The notes under the pieces are model-generated. The model was not told the DNA's origin. It did not search any database and was given only the letters and a program-made list of their open reading frames with translations. Of a stretch of DNA of 56,633 bases, positions 54,058 through 56,633 are shown piece by piece (within the stretch, counting starts at the first letter, position 1; every line of letters starts with the position of its first letter). The DNA is from a virus (lineage: Duplodnaviria; Caudoviricetes), in IMG/VR virus record IMGVR_UViG_3300034053_000043, positions 1 to 56,633 of that record. One strand, given 5' to 3'. The translations under genes and the position numbers were made by a program.

Positions 54058-55301
54058 ATTCTCAGAGGTGCAACAGTTGCGATGCGCTTTTTGATCGGGT
54101 AGCGATAGACGACGAAGTAACCGGCCGCGTCGATGACGTGATCCAGGCCGCTCGTCTTGTCAGGCTCGCCGTGCTTGTCATAGGCCTGCTTTTCCATGGC
54201 CTCGACAAGATGTGGGCAGGCTTGAGGATTGACGCGGTAGCGCCGTTTCCCCTCAAGGTGTATCTGTGCGTTGAACGACAGCACGCGATCTTTGACTGCC
54301 GGATTGCTTGCGTTGACGCAGACCTGAAAGCCGGCTTGCCTCAACAGCGCTATGTCGGACTCGCTGGCGTCCTGGCTCTTGCGATTCTTGCCGCTGGCGT
54401 CCGGGTAGATCATCAGCGGGTGGCCCTTAGACTTGTACCGCTGCACCAACAGTCGGACCATCGCCGGAGTGTCGAATACGCCTGTTAGCTCATCGACTGC
54501 GTGAGGCTCGTCACCACGCAGCACATGCACAACGGCGGCGCCATGCGATACGTTGAAATCCATGCCGACATGCAGAGTCTCGCCGGGCTTCACAGTCTCG
54601 AACGAAGCATTCAGCGCCCGGTCAAACTCGGGGTAGACGCTGCCGGCAGTGAGGTTCACGAACTCGCCGTCTAGGTACGCTGACAGCAGCGCGCTAGGGT
54701 AGCTGGCACGCAAGCTGTCGATGTAGCCTGCGGGCAGATTCTTCGCGTTGCTTTCCGTCGGCGCCTTGATTAGCCGGTATCCATCCGCTCGGTTCTTCAC
54801 CCAGCGGTCATAGACGAAGCGGAACCCTTCAGGCGTTGTGACTGCGCCGACAGTGTTCAGGCTTCCGTCCGACTTCTTTTGCCGGTTCCGAGAAATGATT
54901 TTGTTCCACGCCTCGCGCGCCTTCTCAGCGGGAAGCGTATCAAGCTCGTCGACAACACTATCGGCGACTTCGTAGCCGATGATTCGCTCTGGCGTGTCCA
55001 TCGTGCGAAACATCAACTGGCCCCACTGCCCAAAGTCGATAGTCGCATCGGTCTTGTTGAACTTGCGCGGCAGGCGCATGGACTCCATGACTTCCCCGAA
55101 TCGAGGAAAGCCGATGGTCCGCACCATGTCATACGTCGGCAAGTAGTAGGCGACTGTCTGCCCAGGATATTGCAGCTTCTTTGCTATCGACCTGCAAACG
55201 CCGGCATGTGTCTTCCCTGATCCGAACCCGCCACAGAATGCGGGGAACTGCTCAGGCGCTGTGACGAACTGCCACTGCGGATCACTTAGCGGGATCTGCA
55301 T
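54054..55301 (-). CDS. terL: terminase large subunit
   Basis: GGFGSGKT, VVDELD, TTPEG, GMDFN, DHVIDA. Confidence 0.93.
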   Translation of the reverse strand: MQIPLSDPQWQFVTAPEQFPAFCGGFGSGKTHAGVCRSIAKKLQYPGQTVAYYLPTYDMVRTIGFPRFGEVMESMRLPRKFNKTDATIDFGQWGQLMFRTMDTPERIIGYEVADSVVDELDTLPAEKAREAWNKIISRNRQKKSDGSLNTVGAVTTPEGFRFVYDRWVKNRADGYRLIKAPTESNAKNLPAGYIDSLRASYPSALLSAYLDGEFVNLTAGSVYPEFDRALNASFETVKPGETLHVGMDFNVSHGAAVVHVLRGDEPHAVDELTGVFDTPAMVRLLVQRYKSKGHPLMIYPDASGKNRKSQDASESDIALLRQAGFQVCVNASNPAVKDRVLSFNAQIHLEGKRRYRVNPQACPHLVEAMEKQAYDKHGEPDKTSGLDHVIDAAGYFVVYRYPIKKRIATVAPLRI

Positions 55302-55596
55302 CCCGCACGAACTGGATCACAGGCGGTTGCAGTGGAGCGCCGTCAGGCCCACTCACTTCCATTGCCGCCAGTCGCGGGTGGATGTATGGCGCAGCTGACT
55401 TCGCCGCGTCTAGGCGCCTGGCCGGCTCTTCAATGTCAGAGCGCATCACCTGAAGCATGAACTCAAGCGGTGTAATCCCGTCTTCAGCAGCGCGATCCGC
55501 TATCTCACGCGTCCTGCGCGTTGCAGAGCCAGGCTTGCGGCCGGCGCCCTTTCGTTGCCCGCCGCGCCCGCTTGAATTCGTTTGATTGTTGGGCAT
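55282..55596 (-). CDS. terS: terminase small subunit
   Basis: GAGRKPGS...TPLEFML..M...AAPYIHPRL; upstream of terL. Confidence 0.75.
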   Translation of the reverse strand: MPNNQTNSSGRGGQRKGAGRKPGSATRRTREIADRAAEDGITPLEFMLQVMRSDIEEPARRLDAAKSAAPYIHPRLAAMEVSGPDGAPLQPPVIQFVRDADPAK

Positions 55597-55736
55597 TATT
55601 CAAACGGAATTCAAAGTGTCTTTGTGTGGTTAGCCGATCAGCCTACGTTTCCACGCTCGGCCTGCTGTTCTCACTCGCGCCCGATAGCCGGAGTGCGCGG
55701 CCAGGAAGACACGTCGGGCTCGTGGGCAGCAAATGC

Positions 55737-55760
55737 AAAGGCCCACCGTGCAGTGGGCCT
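55737..55760 (-). terminator. tR'-like terminator
   Basis: AGGCCCAC/GTGGGCCT stem plus short T tract, about 70 nt after the late promoter. Confidence 0.55.
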
Positions 55761-55831
55761 CGCTTCACTGGCGCGCTACCCTCCGCATGGATGGGCTGCT
55801 CTAATGCGTATGCGCTCTACAGTTGGCGCGC

Positions 55832-55858
55832 ATTATAGCCATTCTGCAAACATGTCAA
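55832..55858 (-). promoter_or_regulatory. late (pR'-like) promoter
   Basis: TTGACA-15 bp-TATAAT upstream of terS. Confidence 0.6.
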
Positions 55859-55865
55859 GCCCCAT

Positions 55866-56051
55866 TCACACAAAGCCGATGCGCGGCTTATCTGGCGGCG
55901 CAACTGGCTTTCCTGTCACGTCCTCGACCGCCGTACGCAACTCGGCGCCAATGTCGCGCTCTGGCTCTGTCGGCAGAGTTGTCGCCATGCCCATACCGCT
56001 GCCCGGAGCATCGTAGCCATAGAGGTAGTAGTCCCAATAGTCGGCGATCAT
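55866..56051 (-). CDS. small hypothetical protein
   Basis: ATGA-coupled; ends RIGFV. Confidence 0.5.
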   Translation of the reverse strand: MIADYWDYYLYGYDAPGSGMGMATTLPTEPERDIGAELRTAVEDVTGKPVAPPDKPRIGFV

Positions 56052-56419
56052 GACATTCCCCTGTTGCACAGCATTTGCCGGCCATCCCTGACCAGCTTTT
56101 GCAGCCCATCTAGGCTGACGCCCAGGCCGCGTGCCATGCGCATCGGAGCTGTCCGGTACACGTAGGACCACCGGATGGCCGTGCGGTTGTCGCCTGGAAG
56201 CCTGAAGACCGCCTTCTCGGCAGCCTGGGCGCCTAGTGCGTCGACCGTCGTCGTTATCTCGACTGCCTCCCATTGCTGGCTTGGCTTGACTCCCTGAAAC
56301 ATCGGGTGGACGCCTACCCTCCCTGTTCCGTGGCACCACCGCGCCCAGTTGATGAGCCAGGCATGCACGTCGGCGTGCTTTGGCTCGACCGCGTGAAAAT
56401 CGACGTATTCCTTCGCCAT
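56048..56419 (-). CDS. putative late-gene regulator (Q-like)
   Basis: LINWARW motif plus C-terminal HTH; upstream of the late promoter. Confidence 0.55.
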   Translation of the reverse strand: MAKEYVDFHAVEPKHADVHAWLINWARWCHGTGRVGVHPMFQGVKPSQQWEAVEITTTVDALGAQAAEKAVFRLPGDNRTAIRWSYVYRTAPMRMARGLGVSLDGLQKLVRDGRQMLCNRGMS

Positions 56420-56430
56420 CTAGTCTCCGG

Positions 56431-56633
56431 TTAAAGCCCAATCGTTTGCTCGACGACTCGCCGCACGGCCGCATCGCTCTCGGCCATCTTGCGCAGCAGC
56501 ATCCTTGTCTGGTTGGCCCACAGCAGTTCGCACTCTCGGCGCTCGGTCTTGTTCAGCAGCCCGCCGCTGTCGACGCCCGCATGGCACCCGAGTACGAACG
56601 GACGCGGCCCGCACAAGGGCATCGACTCGGCGT
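56431..56633 (-). CDS. C-terminal part of the DUF968-like gene (circle allele of 3331-3795)
   Basis: Identical to the 3331-3795 ORF for 127 bp, then a diverged but homologous C-terminus. Confidence 0.85.
   Translation of the reverse strand, partial: AESMPLCGPRPFVLGCHAGVDSGGLLNKTERRECELLWANQTRMLLRKMAESDAAVRRVVEQTIGL
56507..56633. repeat. 127-bp exact direct repeat (copy 2, window end)
   Basis: Identical to 3407-3533. Confidence 0.97.

Larger units (their letters stand above)
3407..56506. mobile_element. complete circular temperate siphovirus genome, 53,100 bp
   Basis: Full module set (replication, immunity, recombination, int/attP, lysis, tail with tape measure, head, terminase) closed by the 127-bp overlap. 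Confidence 0.88.

Overview
Nearly the whole window (3407-56506, 53,100 bp) is one apparently complete temperate siphovirus genome. GC content, gene style, and a LexA box suggest a GC-rich proteobacterial host, probably Burkholderiales (inference). It carries replication genes (primase, SF2 helicase, ParB-like), a cro/cI switch, an ERF/Gp157 recombination pair, two DNA methyltransferases, an integrase with an intact attP-like site, lysis genes, and tail, head and terminase genes. The last 127 bp repeat 3407-3533 exactly, so the contig looks like a lariat: a phage circle plus a 3.4-kb arm (LPD38 fragment, att site, lambda-like int/xis, Q-like gene) from a second phage. The most striking feature is that accessory genes are organised as integron-type gene cassettes. 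There are 9 complete attC-like sites, 2 half-sites and a duplicated 33-bp attI-like entry site, but no IntI. Cassette ends pair across the genes, every attC is inverted relative to its gene, and some start codons lie inside the attC. Other oddities: an endonuclease VII gene nested in another frame inside a helicase that stays open, a LexA-boxed promoter facing about 0.8 kb of structured non-coding sequence beside a cI lacking its protease domain, and a GH19 endolysin-holin-like fusion. All calls were made by eye without database searches.
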